Below, piece after piece: positions 40,373 through 53,965 of a stretch of DNA of 64,000 bases. The notes under the pieces are model-generated. The model was not told the DNA's origin. It was given only the letters and a program-made list of their open reading frames with translations, and did not search any database. The first letter of the stretch is position 1. Every line of letters starts with the position of its first letter. The position numbers and the translations under genes were made by a program. Source of the stretch: Kudoa neothunni (Eukaryota; Animalia; Cnidaria); contig OZ199838.1 of assembly GCA_964304625.1 (NCBI GenBank), forward strand, positions 12,591,843 to 12,655,842, given 5' to 3'.

Positions 40373-42754
40373 CTATTTTGGTCTCGTTTTGCCAGCATTT
40401 ATAACTTTTGCTTTCCCAGTCTTTTTCGTGGCTTTTCCAACTTTGATCGGTTCGATTACTAGATTCTAAACATTTGACAATAAGAATATGAGAATAAGAG
40501 TCAGAAGCATGAATAAATACGCTGGTTTTTTTCCCTTCGGCTGCATAGTCGCTGCCAACGTGCTCGTTGATCTTATTGCCAGTGTAGTGACTTTCTATGA
40601 ACAAGTTTGTTGACATATCCTTTAAAAGATTGTTTAAGTCGGTTTCTTCAGATGCAGTTATGGCGTCAACGTTAAAATTCTGTCTCCATGAGGATGCGTT
40701 ATCAGCTGACAAGGGTCGGAAATATTTGGCATCAGGCGGTAGAAAATGATATCTAATCTTTCCACTAAAAAATAATTAAAATTAATCACAACAAACAAGT
40801 TTTAAATCAATGTGATACCTTTTCCAATAGTTAAGAAAAACTTTGGCAGCTGCTTTCAAATCAGGAATGCCACCTTTCTTAAATTTCCCATATTTTTTGC
40901 TAAGGTGAATTAAAAATGTGTTGGCTTCACCACCGAATTCAGGTATATCTAGATGTTCTCTGAGCTAAAAAAAACCATAGAATATATATTCAATATTATG
41001 AATACTTGCGACTGAGGACAACATTTGAGGATATTACTGACAGGAATCATGTAATCGTTTTCAACGGTAAACTAAGCAATTTTAAAACAAAAGTTAGCCG
41101 TCGATCATTTGAGTGTTTGAGAGAGTAAAAAATTTACATCAATCGAATTGACGTCAAGCGTGAGCGAAGATAGAGCTGAACGATCTATTGAGGGAGGAAC
41201 AACTCCGGGACAATCAAGAATTCGAATGGAATTATCAATCTTAATCTCTTGCATATTTCTACGGAAAACAATAAATAGATTTTATAGGTATTGAGTAAAA
41301 CTAGAGATACTTGGTGACTCCAGGAACGGCTCCAACTTGGCAAACTTTCGATCTTCTTAGACTGTTTATTACACTAACAGAACAAAGTATGTAATGTAAA
41401 ATGACACGTTTAACTAGAAGGTTTAATCACCTGCTTTTACCAACATTTGGCAATCCAACTACACCAACTGTTAACGAACCAATAACACCATTTTGCTCCT
41501 TGTTTTTGAACGTCTTTAAAAAGCTGATCAAAGTTTTAGCTCCTATGCACATGCTGGATTTCAACAGCGATTCGTCCACATTCTCAAAAGCAGTATTGAC
41601 TTGACCCTAATTCGATATTGTTTTCAATAATGTAACCGCAGGGTCTTATCCTCATAAGACATCTCTCATTTAAGTTAATAATTACAAGCTTATTGTTTTG
41701 AAGCTGAGTGGAAGCTTTGAAAGCAATAGTAGGATATTCGTTTCTCAAATAGGTTAACCACTGTAGGGTGGCACTCTTCGGAACTAAATCTACAACAAAT
41801 TCCACCTCATTAGATCCTATTCGAGTGGATGATTTTTAAGTACCTATTTTGTTGAGCAATAACACAAGTTGTTTATTTTGGCCGTATTTATACACTGCTT
41901 CTTCCAACTTAATAAATGAGTTTAAGTGATAAACAACTTTATTACGAAATACTTTTGGGCTTCTAGTGCCTAAAGGATCTCTTGCATCTATAACCTCGAT
42001 GATGATATCGGACGATTCAAGCACTTTTTGAAGCTCTTTATTGAATCGTTTAAACGACAAATCTTTTATTTTATCGCTCTGAATGTCGTCAGTCTTTTTC
42101 TAAATACAATATTACTATAAATATAGCGATTCTTTAGAAGATATATTATTTTGATTGTAGCAGATTATTTATAGGGGATGATTCTATTGTTTGAATAAAA
42201 TAAATTACATTGGAAAATTCTTCTGCTCTACTTTGAGCATTATTGACATATTCCTCTAAAGATGGAGGAAGTTTGATTTTTTGGTTGAGATTTTCAAGAA
42301 TTTCTCGTTTCTTTGTCGCTTTCTGCTTCTCCTGACGACGTTGTTCTTTCAATTGAATTTTCTCAATTTTTTCCTAACAAAGCAACAAATAGAGTCGTAT
42401 TTTAATTATAAATGGTACACTCACTTGTTCATTGGTAAGAATGAATTCTCTTAAAAGCTCTTCTTTGAATGGGTAACTATTGGGTATACCAGGGTCCTTT
42501 CTTTTAGCTAATTGAGATTAATAAAACAATCACAACTAATCTTCTGGTACGTTTTCTAGTTGTTTTTCCAATCTTACGAAGTTTCCTATGATGCTCGTTA
42601 ACCTAAAGAGAATTTATAGCCGATCGTGTTTAAAAATTTGTGTACATACTTTTTTGATGATCTTGTAACGTTTCCTACAAGTCATACGCTTGCTCATTCG
42701 TTCTAATATTAATTAAAATTAATTTAGAATAATCAATATATTACTTTTAGTCAT
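40373..42754 (-). CDS. GNL3: Nucleolar GTPase GNL3/GNL3L (nucleostemin/Nug1 family), 15 exons, intact
   Basis: [73 protein letters not shown] and KKGGIPD. A 55-nt final intron gives a Lys-rich C-terminus ending at TAG 40373 rather than the ORF-track stop at 40353. Confidence 0.93.
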
Positions 42755-43244
42755 CTTCAGCTCAACAAGTAACAGCAACAAGACAAAACCACCTGACCTG
42801 CGTACGCATGTTGGGGTGATTTTATTAGTTTATTCAAAAATTGTTTTTTTGTATAAATAAAATTGATTGCTTTTAAAACAAAGTAAAATATAGGATTTTT
42901 CGAAAACTATGTCGATATAGTTGCATGAGTAGTTTTGCGTTTGTATATTTCTGTTCTGAATTTCAGTAAGAAGCTAATTAAAAAAAACAACGAATAATTA
43001 ATGCTGTATAACATCATATGATGGTCCAGCTTTTATATAAGATTTTTTATTTTTGTCGCTGTTAATCGTTAAAAGTCGCAACACCTTGGTTGGATTAAAA
43101 TAATTTTTCGTTGATTTAAATAGAAAACCGCATTATCAGATTTGTTTTATTTTTTAATGAATAATTTGAATGTAAAGTTAAATTTGTAGTTGCTGATTTG
43201 TCTATAATTTACGATACTGTATTTCAAGACCTAAATGCAACATT

Positions 43245-44304
43245 TTAACTCTCCCTGTATTGCGCGGAAAAAAATCACGCGTATTCCGATGGGGTCCATC
43301 CGGACCAAAAAAAACTATCTTAATAACCTTTAATTTCTTTGTACCATGCTTTAAACAATTTTTTAACTATTTATAAGATGTTCTGCATAGGAAATTAAAT
43401 TAATTATGAAGTGTTAGTAGGTTACAAAACAGGAATCCCATAATGTACCATATCGGCGATTTAAAATTGAGGAAGAAATTAATGGTACAAAAATTAAAAC
43501 TGAATATATTTCATCTGAAAATAAAGCAGTAAGGAAAATGAAAACCACTTTAAAAGAGAAAATCGCACGTAAAATTGATCCGAGAGGATAGTAACAGCGG
43601 AAGCGTTATCGTATAAGATCAGAGACAACAATTTAACAATGAAAGGATTAAATTGAATAAAGGTGTCTTGGATCTAATGAGTAATTTACGAAAATTTTTA
43701 AAGTATGTATAAAAGGTAACGTTCAAATTAACTCTGGAAATTTAATTTATATCGTTTTTGTCAGACATAATTTGATATTTGAAAACATTAGATATGCCAC
43801 GTTAGTTGTTGGATGTAATATTTAATTTTCTCTGCTTTCAAAAATTTTATCTTATAAATTTAATAATATCAGGAGTGCGTTTTCATAATTATAAAGTTAA
43901 GTGAATTGACCGAAAATTCCACGATTTTTAAACTACATTAATGATTCTCCTTAAAAATCATTAAAACTCGGTAATCCACGATGAAATTCTGATATGCTAA
44001 GAACCATCATTTACTCAATTAAATATCTAAATCTTAAATATTAGAGAAAAATATATATTTTCTCGGTATGTATGTGTTTTCTCTAAAATCGAAACATACT
44101 TTTGTTTGTAAAAGCACAAAAATCAATAATGTCGGCCGATATCAATTTTTTTAAAATGTAATATTTTTACATCAATCCGACTGCTTTGCATTTTTAGAGG
44201 AATTCCGAAATTTATGGAGGTTTCGAATTTGTTTATCCAAAACTAGGTTCGAATTAGTCGGATTTGGGATCTACGTGGACTCCACTCCGGACAGAGAGGG
44301 TTAT
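43245..44304. mobile_element. piggyBac-type MITE, copy 2
   Basis: Diverged copy of 27763-28937 with TTAA/TTAT flanks and an internal deletion. Confidence 0.85.
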
Positions 44305-44669
44305 GTAAACAACTTATCTATTTTAAAATTTATTTTTTGTCGTAATAAGTTGTTTGTTGACAATTACAAATGATTAATTGTGTCAGTGTGAATAATTTGT
44401 TGTACATATAAAGTCTATATATACTTATTTATAATACATATAGGAATTAATTCGTTTATTCGTTTTTGTCATCGATTTAATCACAGTGTCAAATTTTTAA
44501 AATTTACGTATCTCAAACATGTCTTTTTGAACGTAAGATTTTGTGGTTTTTTTAATTACCACTTTTAAATTTGTAAACTTATTTACATGAATACACAAAA
44601 ATCCAATGTTATACGGCAACAGTTTAAAATTCAGGTTTTTGACACAACGTAAAATTGATCATCTTGTTA

Positions 44670-45360
44670 ATTTCTTCGGGATTAATACATGCCGCGAAAT
44701 GGGATTCCGCATGATTTGCATAATTTTGTAGCTGGCCATAATTGCTTTATGAATTCCTCTTGATTAGATTATCCTTTGTTCCTTACACTGGACTAAATTT
44801 GGTGGAAAAATTCCTCAACAGGATTGAAGAACAGAGAGTATGGTGGAAGAAATAATAACCTATAGTTTGTGGATTAAATTTGGTCCCGTACTAGATTTAT
44901 TTTATGGAATCTCGGATTATCCATAACTAGTAAGGCGTTATCAACACCATTACTGATTAAATCCACAAATAGTTTATCTATAAACACGGAAAAAACTTGT
45001 TTGTTGGTTGACAGTTCTATTTTCTACGTGGAATGTCCAAACCAGTTCCAAGTTTATAGCCGCTATAAGCGTAATATTTTTTGAGCAAAAGCTTCTTACT
45101 TTCAGGTTCGCTCTTGATCCTGAAAGTTCCCCTCAAAATGTTCTTCTCATTGATAGATAGAACCCCTATTTGTCTATATAGATTACAGTAGAATGATGAG
45201 GTTTAAATTCAAGGTATTGTAACACGTACCTATTCATTTTTTAAAGCAATTTTTTAAAATGACAATAGACCTTTTTCTCGTTTCTATACAATCCTGAGAA
45301 TTTCTTCCTAGGAGTACAATGGAAATTTTTTCAAAATGTGGTTTGTAACGTATTAGGGTT
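44670..45360 (-). mobile_element. IS630/Tc1-like (DDE_3) transposase fossil
   Basis: VIYIDK*GF, KNITLIAAI, LVMDNPRFHK and LLFLPPYSLFFNPVEEFF on the minus strand, with stops. Ends not defined. Confidence 0.8.
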
Positions 45361-47043
45361 TCTAAGGAATTATATTGTTCAGGGTTATTCAACTCAATAA
45401 GAACAAGGAAGAAACGACTAAAATATTTTTACTGAGAAATACTTATAAAACTATTGGTTAAATTGCAGAATAGCGACTGAATTTTCAGATTAAAGATTAT
45501 AATTATTATTTGGAATATTAATCCTTCTTTTAAACCAACTTTGGGTTATATTTATTATATAACTTCTGGAAAAAATGACTTAATTTCATCCAACAAATTA
45601 TTTTCGATATTATGGTTACGCATTTGCTACAAGTGAACACTTAATGCTCACACAAAATATGAATTTCTTTTTCTGATAAACATAGATTTAATAATAGACA
45701 ATCGCTAAGGATGAAATATAGCGAACAAACAAAATTAGAGTTTCCCGACTTAAATTTTAAAATAATTAAAGCATGCTTTCCTTGAACTGGCCTACTTTGT
45801 AATATGACCTATTGAAATAATCGCAAAGGACCAGAAGTTCTTTGCATTAATAGATTGCAGCAAATGCTATTGTGATAACAAATAGCAGTTGCTGAAAGTA
45901 CCACGCTGATGACGCAACACTGATAAATACTCATTCTTAAAATATTCAAGGGGTACGTTTTTGTACTTTGTTGCTGGTTAAGATTATGACCATTATGATG
46001 CATTTTTACCATAATAATACTTGAAGTGGCTATTTGCATAATAACTAATATTCAAGTGTCACCAGTTTTGACTATGTTCAATTATTTTTGGCCCCTAAAA
46101 GTGGAGGAAACTGCCAGAATTATTTTAATTTAGTAACATCTAAAAAAGTAAATCTGTAGACAGTTTGTAGAAAGGAGTAGATGGTATCAAAAATAGTCAT
46201 TACACAAACATACATGCATTTTAGTGTAAGAACTTACCCTGAAAATAGCCTATTTCATAATTAAACCAGTATAAATCTTAAAGTAAGTATGGATTTATTC
46301 ATCAAATACTTTCTGCCGTAGCTTAACCAAGACAAAGCTTTCAAGTAAATATAGATTTGACTTCCATGTTAAGGAGGAAATTTGGATTTTTTGCGAAGCC
46401 AACGAGGCAAATTTGAGAAAACTAATGAGAACCCACGTCCTGGATAGTTGCTTCCTACAAACATCGGCCTTTTTAGCAAAAAAAGGATTTTTTAAAATAC
46501 TTTGGAAAAACGAATGAGCGGTAAATTAAAGATCAATAAATATGTACAAATTTTAGATTAATATGTTACATGAAGTAAATTATCCGTTTGACTAAATCCA
46601 TAAATTAATTTGAATAAAAAGGTTTCCCCAAATCTAAGCGAATGAATAAATTTATAGAGGTTTCTACTTATAGAATGACGTAATACCTGCTTACCTTTTA
46701 AGTTGTTATTTTTGTATCTATAAAAATTTAAGGTGTAATCCACTTCACAATACATGTGGGTCATAATAAATATTTAGTGCCTTATAGGGAAGTGAGATTT
46801 TAATTTTTATTTAAGAATCATCGCTCTAGATAAAACGGTTAAGCATTATTTTTAATATAATTTTGATTATTCTATGACTTTTAAGCACATTGTGATTGTT
46901 TTTGGTTGTTTGAAACGGCATGATTTTCACTAAAACATAGATTTCTATGAGAGAGACAGATTGAAATTAAAAATCTTAAATGTACTGATTCTATAACAAA
47001 ATATTGTTGATGTTATTCTTTCGGTTAAGTTTGAACCATTTTT

Positions 47044-47990
47044 TTAACTTTCTAAGTAGCTGAAAAATTTACACCCTCCAAAGAAAAATGGGGCAGAAAT
47101 TTAACCCACTTTTTTATTTAATAATGTTGTTTCAAATAAAATTCATAATTGACTAACAAAGTATGAGAAAAATTCATCCAGCAAATTTCGAATAAATGAC
47201 CAATTATTAAAGTTATTTTCTATGCGCGCGCACAATTGTGTTACGTTTCTGTGGAGTATGATTGTATTTATACGTGTGCTTCTGCGTGTTTTTCGTTTTA
47301 ACATTTAATTCAAGTTTTATAACAGTTGACAATTAATTTATCTTGTCTTAAACAACGTAGTGTAAAACTGCACAGAAAAACACAAAATGATGGAAAACAA
47401 TGCTTATTCCACAAAAAGTTATCAAATATGTTTTTAAACTTTTTCTAAAACACAGAACTTATTAAAACGTTGAACAATTATATCATATGTTTTTTAATGC
47501 TCTCTGTAATACGAAATTAAGAATATTGATAAAAGTTTTCACATATATTTTCGAATGTTCCCTACACCGTAGAAATAAGTAAACTGATGAAAAGTCATCG
47601 TATTTTGAATAACTGGTATAAAAATAATGAGAGAATGAGGAGTTATCGTTGTATTCTCGAGAGAACGACATGCTTATATCGATATTGCGCATGCGGGATT
47701 CCACCGCGTGTATAGTGTTTCGTTATTTATTCATTATTTGCTCGATACAATTCTCGTTAATTTTTAAAAATGACATGTATTAACATTTTAAATAATTTTA
47801 TTGGGAAGGTGTTTTTACATTAACCTTTTTGATATATGACAAAAAAATTTCAATTCATTTTTCTGAAAGCTTGAATAAAGATAAATTATTACAGAAACTG
47901 GAGAGGAGTTATGTGCAATTTATCCGCTATAATATTGTTGGCAAACTTCACTTGGAGTAGAAATCTATCCCATTTTACTTAGAAGGTTAA
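47044..47990. mobile_element. piggyBac-type MITE
   Basis: TTAA-ctttctaagta / tacttagaagg-TTAA ends, with a degenerate subterminal palindrome near 47090. Confidence 0.7.
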
Positions 47991-48125
47991 ACATGTGGTC
48001 ATTACATATTTTGGAGGCGAAAAAAGTGGCAAAACAAAGAAAATAATAAAAAAGTATGTTTTCTAACTAAAACTACAACTTAAACTATTTTAAAGTATCT
48101 TCGGCATTGATTAGATTCATAATAA

Positions 48126-48359
48126 TCAAAAGTCCTTATCAAAATAAAGCAGATTGTACGCATCTATCATGTTTAATTTGTACAGCTTTTGAGTTTTGGG
48201 CCCTAAAGCGATGCTATTAATGCTAACGTGAAATAAATATTTACTGGGACTATTTGGTGTCAGTATTTTGTACTTGGGAGTGATCCTGTGGAGTTCGATG
48301 GAACTGATCACCTGAGACAGCTGAGTAAACTTAGTTTTTCCTAATGGTGTCGAGTCCAT
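48126..48359 (-). CDS. Possible small or truncated gene of unknown function immediately downstream of TATDN1
   Basis: Gene-like composition and a 42-nt GTA..TAG intron-like segment (48244-48203). No recognisable domain. Confidence 0.3.
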   Translation of the reverse strand: MDSTPLGKTKFTQLSQVISSIELHRITPKYKILTPNSPSKYLFHVSINSIALGPKTQKLYKLNMIDAYNLLYFDKDF

Positions 48360-48448
48360 AATAATTGCGCTACTGGAGTTAAGTTGTTTTCTCATCAACA
48401 AGCAAAACGCCGAATGAATAACAAATAAACAAAGAATAAAACTATAGG

Positions 48449-49927
48449 CTATAGTAATCTAAATAGTTTCAAAGAATTTGAGTAGATTGTTTTAGCAACG
48501 ACGTTAAAATCCATGGATTTTAATTGAGAAATCACCTCAACCATTTGTCTAAATTAGGCAAACGAATTTGATGCAATCAATATTTAATGATTACATCACA
48601 TGCGAAGGTTCTTGCCGACCTTTAATGTAAGCGCTTGGTTGCCATTTTTCTTTCTTCACAGAAGGGTAATGCGTCTTCACAAAGTTGTATCCAAAACTGG
48701 TTCGTTTAAACTCACACCACGGGCAATCTGAAAAATGATATCAAATATGTGAGATATAGCTGCAGCAACCTGTTTCTACAACTAATTTTGTAAGAGGAAT
48801 AGCTTTAACCATATCACAGAGCTCTCTTGTCTTGAATGAGCTGAGTGTTAACGTTACAATAAAAAATGAAGAAAGTAATCCAAATCTAACACTATTACAT
48901 TCCAGTAAGTCCAATGTAAAATCCTCGTTCAATAAGTCCCTGGGCTTCTTCGAGTGTTCCAGTAAAACAATGAGCCTAATAGCGCGCAAAATGTATTCAT
49001 TTGATGCAAAAAATCACTAAAATACCACACATACGGGTAGAGAATTTAAATGTTTGTCAACAATTTGAAAAAAATCGTCGGCTGCACTTCTCATATGAAA
49101 ATACAGGGGTAACTTAAGATTAATCGCGTGTTCTAGTTGCTTTTTAAACCACCTAGTTCAAGAGTTTATTTGAGATACTTTCTCGTTTAATAAACTAGCA
49201 AATAATTGTGACTACTTTTTCTGAGTTTGTTTATCACAGAAATTAGTTCTATCATAGTCTACCGATATATAAACAAAATAAAAACTATATTTTGATAAGA
49301 GTGGAAAATTAACCCAAGCCAATTTCGCCATAGGCCACAATTTTTCCAGGGTTGTCTCGAATAATGGCCTCAACGGCCTCAAAATAATTGATTTCTGAGG
49401 GTAAATCTTCTAATATGTTGCATCTCGTTGGGTGACACCCAACAGTTAGATAAATATTCCCTTTAGTGAATCAACAAAATTTGATAATTTAAATAAGACA
49501 AAAGGCCAGGTCAGTATTATTAATATACTGTATGAGGCAAATTTTTCTAATGAAGCTATACATTCATCCATAGTTCCACAAATGACAATCATCTAAACAT
49601 TTAAACCCAATCGCCATTAGGTTTAATAGTTGAAGCGACGGACCAACCTTATCTACACCCATCTTTTCAGATTTTTCGATGATTTTCGTAAGATCAGCTA
49701 TTTTGCAAGAAATCTTAGATTAAGTTTTCTCGAATTAAGGTACGTGGATGACAATTTTTTCCGTGGTATATTCCTTCGTACATGTCATCTAGTATTATTT
49801 CAGTAGCGAATTATATTATTTTTAATAATCCACTTACCATTTAGGTTGGTACCAATATCTTAATGATTTTTTAGTGAGTAAAAAAAATTTAGAGCATACC
49901 GAAAAATTTAAGATCAGACGCATCCAT
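48449..49927 (-). CDS. TATDN1: TatD-family nuclease TATDN1, 12 exons, intact
   Basis: FFDIGTNLNDDMYEGIYHG, LTVGCHPTRC, GEIGLDYDR, PLYFHMR, AHCFTG, VETDCPWCE and KGRQEP. Metal-binding E/H/H/D residues retained. Missed by the ORF track because the exons are short. Confidence 0.95.
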
Positions 49928-51180
49928 CGTTATAAGAGGCAACTGTTAATTTGAGAATTTGTTCGAATTCACGTTATTATTGTAAATGTTGTTTGAAGGT
50001 CAGCTATAAAAGGGGAAGATGCTTAGATACGTTTGTTTGCGCACGCTCCGCAATTATTTTTCTCATTCATCTTGTGTTATGGGGTCTAGTATTAGGTCGA
50101 TTTTTCAGCATCTGTTACATTAAATTGTTTTTATTAATTTTTGTTGATTTGAGAGTGAATATAATTGAAATCAATAGATCATTGTATTTTCAAATTCTTA
50201 TTATTATTATTATTATTATTATTATGTTAAAGTTTAGTCTGTCTTTAAACATAAAATCGATTTTTGTCAATAAGATTTTTCTGTTTAATTAGGTCATGTA
50301 AATTTGATATTTTTGGTTTTCAAGTAAAATTATATCAAATGAAAAATGTGATATTGTTTCAATGGGAATAAATTTTATAAAAATTAAATGTTTTAGGAAA
50401 CGATCATAAAATACTCAATAAGCCTAAAAATTCCTAATTAACTCAAAAATAATGTTTAAACTTAACATAGTTCAAAGAAAAATATTTAGGATGAAATTAA
50501 TTTGATAGAGCCAATATTATATAATATGCATTTATTGATTTTTAAAAGTTACAAACAGCTTAATAGCAGGTTAAAAAACTATGATCTTAGCAAAAATATT
50601 TCGCAAATTTATTATCACATAAATAAACGTATACGCAGCTGAATTCTAATAAATTTGTTCATTGTTTTAATCGTTTTAATATTTGTTGTTTATATGTGGA
50701 AAAATGCATGTAATTCTTGTTGTGTTAAGTTTTGTGCTTTATTCCTAGCAATAAAAAATTTTTAATGTTTTAATAATAAAAGAGAATTTAGAAAAATATT
50801 AATTTATCTCCTATTACGACCAGAATCATTTTATCAACAATACCAATTTTTTATTTCAAAGGTAGTTTTGATAATTTTAATATTAAATATACAAAATATA
50901 TAAATGAGAAAGAACTATAATATTATTATTTGAAAATAATACTTCAAGCACCTATAAAAACTGCAATTCCTTTTATTGTCTAAAGGAAAAGTATGAAACA
51001 AATATAAATATATCCCACTTAATTAACTACCCCATTTCAGATTATTTCTGTTTCAGATAAGGAATACGACACCAATTTAATTGTTTTAATTCCCGCGCAG
51101 GCGCAAAACAAGTAAGCATTGTGCGTACCATTAAATGCTTAATCTTCAGGAACATTTGTTTAACGCATTTTAAAAAGTTT

Positions 51181-51432
51181 TTAACCCTTAATGGTTAATT
51201 TTAGATCTGCACACTCATTATTATATTATTTTGTTGTGAAAATTATTATATTTTGTTTATTTTCACCAAAAGTTTAAATAATACTCTTAAATCAGTCGAT
51301 TATTATTAATATTCCAAAAATTTAGGTAAAATCTAGGACAAAATGCACAAAAGATAACAATTTAAACGACAGAATATGTACAAAATAATATAAAGGTGGG
51401 CGTTAGAGCCCAAGCTACGCTTTAAAGGTTAA
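51181..51432. mobile_element. Small TTAA-flanked MITE
   Basis: ttaacccttaatg / ctttaaaggttaa inverted ends. Confidence 0.4.
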
Positions 51433-51711
51433 TTCATAAATAAACCTGGGAATATTTTAGTTGTATTATAATTTTATCACTCCCGATTTTCATGTTAAAA
51501 AGGATTTTGGAGGTAAAAATTTTACAGAATTAAGCCAAGTGGATATTTATTTCAAGCATCCCAATAACTTATTATCTTATTATAAAACACACAAAATCAA
51601 CAATGTAAGATCCTTTAAAAAATATAACTTAGCAAAAAGCCAAACTACTTTTTCATAACAATAATATTTTTAATTCCTAAACGTATGTGTATAGATTTTT
51701 TCAATTTAGTC

Positions 51712-53447
51712 TTAACCCTTTCGTGCTCGATGTTTATTTATAACTAGCTGGAACTGCCCAGCGTTGCTTGGGGAAGATTTCGCCTAGAGGCTTTTTTTAA
51801 TAGCATTCAAAAAATATATTGAAATCTCGAATTAATCCATAGAAACAAAATAACTAAAAATTTTTAAGCAACTTACTATAACGATTTGGGTTATGTAATT
51901 TAAATTATTATAATTTCTGTGAAGGAAAGTATCAATCCCGGCGTCCATTTAAAAATAGAAAAAATAAAAGAGATAGAAGAAAACTTATGAAAATTAATCA
52001 ATATTGCTAAAATTAGCATCGTTTAGCTCGGCATAAACATACATGCGCTTTTATCATAAACAACCACAAATTGCGTCGATTTCAACATAAACAAGTTAAA
52101 TAATTTGGTGAAATAAAAGTACAACCATCCGCATTGAATTTAATCACATAAAGTAAAACTTAGCGGACAATTTAATGAAACTTATGAACGCAGTATTTCC
52201 ATTATAACGCTTCAATCAACGTAACTTTAACGTTCTCCACGAATTCGTTATTTATGAAACATATATAGATTTTTTATCACATTGAAAACCATTAATAGAA
52301 CTTATAAAATATACTTATCAAGTCATATACGTTAAAACTCCGCAAATAAGGAGTGTGTTTAAACAGACACCCAAATAGAAACGCCAACCTTATATATAAA
52401 GATAGATAGAAGCAGTTAATGAACATATGATGGAGCATATAAGGGAGATAGTTAACTTCAACCGACCATAACCATGAAATAAGCAAGTGCTAATCCTACC
52501 GTTGAACTCATTTAATCCGAAAAACAAACTTTAGATCGACAAAATCACTATTTCATAAATACTTTTTGGAAACTTTCGTAGTCCGAAAACAATTAAACGA
52601 TTTTTTTAAATATCGCAAATTTATAAAAATTTTATATATGGCTCTCTATAAGGAAAAAATTATCCGCACATGCGTACTTAGGGGCATACACACACAAACA
52701 AACATACGGACAGTCCTCTTTATATATATATATATATATATATAAAGGATTTTAATGGGCAAGGAAAAATTATCACTTCAGTGATCTTCTGTTTTTAATA
52801 TTTTAATCACAATAGTTTTAAAATGCTAAAATATACTTCCAAACATTTGAAATAGCGGCATTTAAACGAACTGAATTAGTTCTATGCATAATCGTAATAC
52901 TTTCCCAAAAGATTTTTATTCAAATATAATTTTTCAAACGTAAAAAATATTTATACGTTTGAAAAGTTATTTTTTAATTCAAAAAAGTTATTCCAAAATT
53001 GTTGTTAAGTATTTCTAATAAATTATTATTGTCATAATTATAATTATAAAATATATATAATAAAAATCAATCTGTGGTATTTATTTCTATTTAAAAGTTT
53101 CAGCATTAAATTTTTTTAGATATGGAATAGTTTTGAAAATGAAATATTGGCACCTAAATGGCTCGCTCGCAAAAAAGTTGATGTTGATCAATGTAAGCAT
53201 ATTGATTATACCAAGCCATTGTTCCCAAATTAGATATAATAGAAATTTTCAATGCATTTTAAAAACAGCATGAAATTTTTACATGGATGTGATGCGTACG
53301 CACAGGATTATTATTTATTTTCCTGCAATTTTATGGTAATGACTGTTAAATTTTTTTAACCTTTTAACTTTTTAAATCGTTACAATTAATCATTTTACGT
53401 AATATATTATCTCTACGCCGAAATTTTGAGATTTAGGCATGAAAGGG
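51712..53447. mobile_element. piggyBac-type MITE hosting a Helitron
   Basis: TTAA-ccctttcgtgc left end; gcatgaaaggg right end (TSD decayed). The termini resemble those of 53966-56273. Confidence 0.5.
51744..52749 (-). mobile_element. Non-autonomous Helitron
   Basis: Minus strand starts TC, followed by (TA)n and a TGTT-like microsatellite. It ends with hairpin CCCAAGC-AAC-GCTGGG then CTAG, and is inserted between A and T with no TSD. Confidence 0.8.
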
Positions 53448-53965
53448 GACAGGGTTATGGTAAATTCATCATATAATAGATGATAAACATGTTGTTTCTA
53501 TAATAATTTAAGTATTTCTAAATATGAGAATATAAAATAAGCAAAAAAAATTAAACCATATATTATATTTATGATGAGAATCAACTTTTAAAATTAATTT
53601 AATAGAATAGTTTATTAATGGAATATCCTACTAGTTTGAGTACAACCGCTGCCAAAAAATAAATATTTAGGTCGGTATCAAAACTTACATTTTTATTTTT
53701 TTAATTATCAAATAAAAATCAACTTCTAATCGGTCTATCAGGATTAAAAGTTGCTCTTTTAATCGGATATGAAATAATTTTAAAAATTTCCTCATCAAAC
53801 CAATGCTCGCCTCTCATTTAATCTCCTGGTAAATATTTAACTGATATAACGGTATGAAGCTTTTTTGATGTTTGTTTAACTAATAAATTCAACCCATTCG
53901 TAACTTATCTAGTAATATGTTTATTGATATCTAGGAAACATTATCAAGGTTGCCGGTGTTAATGG

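Noticed and set aside
40353-40712. ORF-track C-terminus of GNL3
   Set aside because: It reads through an obvious 55-nt GTA..TAG intron; the spliced form gives a more plausible Lys-rich tail ending at 40373.
41607-41686. Intronic C/D snoRNA in GNL3 (vertebrate GNL3 hosts snoRNAs)
   Set aside because: Only degenerate box-like words, with no CTGA D box and no terminal stem.
47584-47612. Hammerhead-like CTGATGA core
   Set aside because: No GAAA half-core and no convincing stems I/III.
49951-50292. 113-aa hydrophobic ORF and similar short AT-rich ORFs (8459, 12302, 20238, 24818, 45809, 62227)
   Set aside because: Low-complexity, microsatellite-driven or antisense-to-TE frames with no motifs or splice support.
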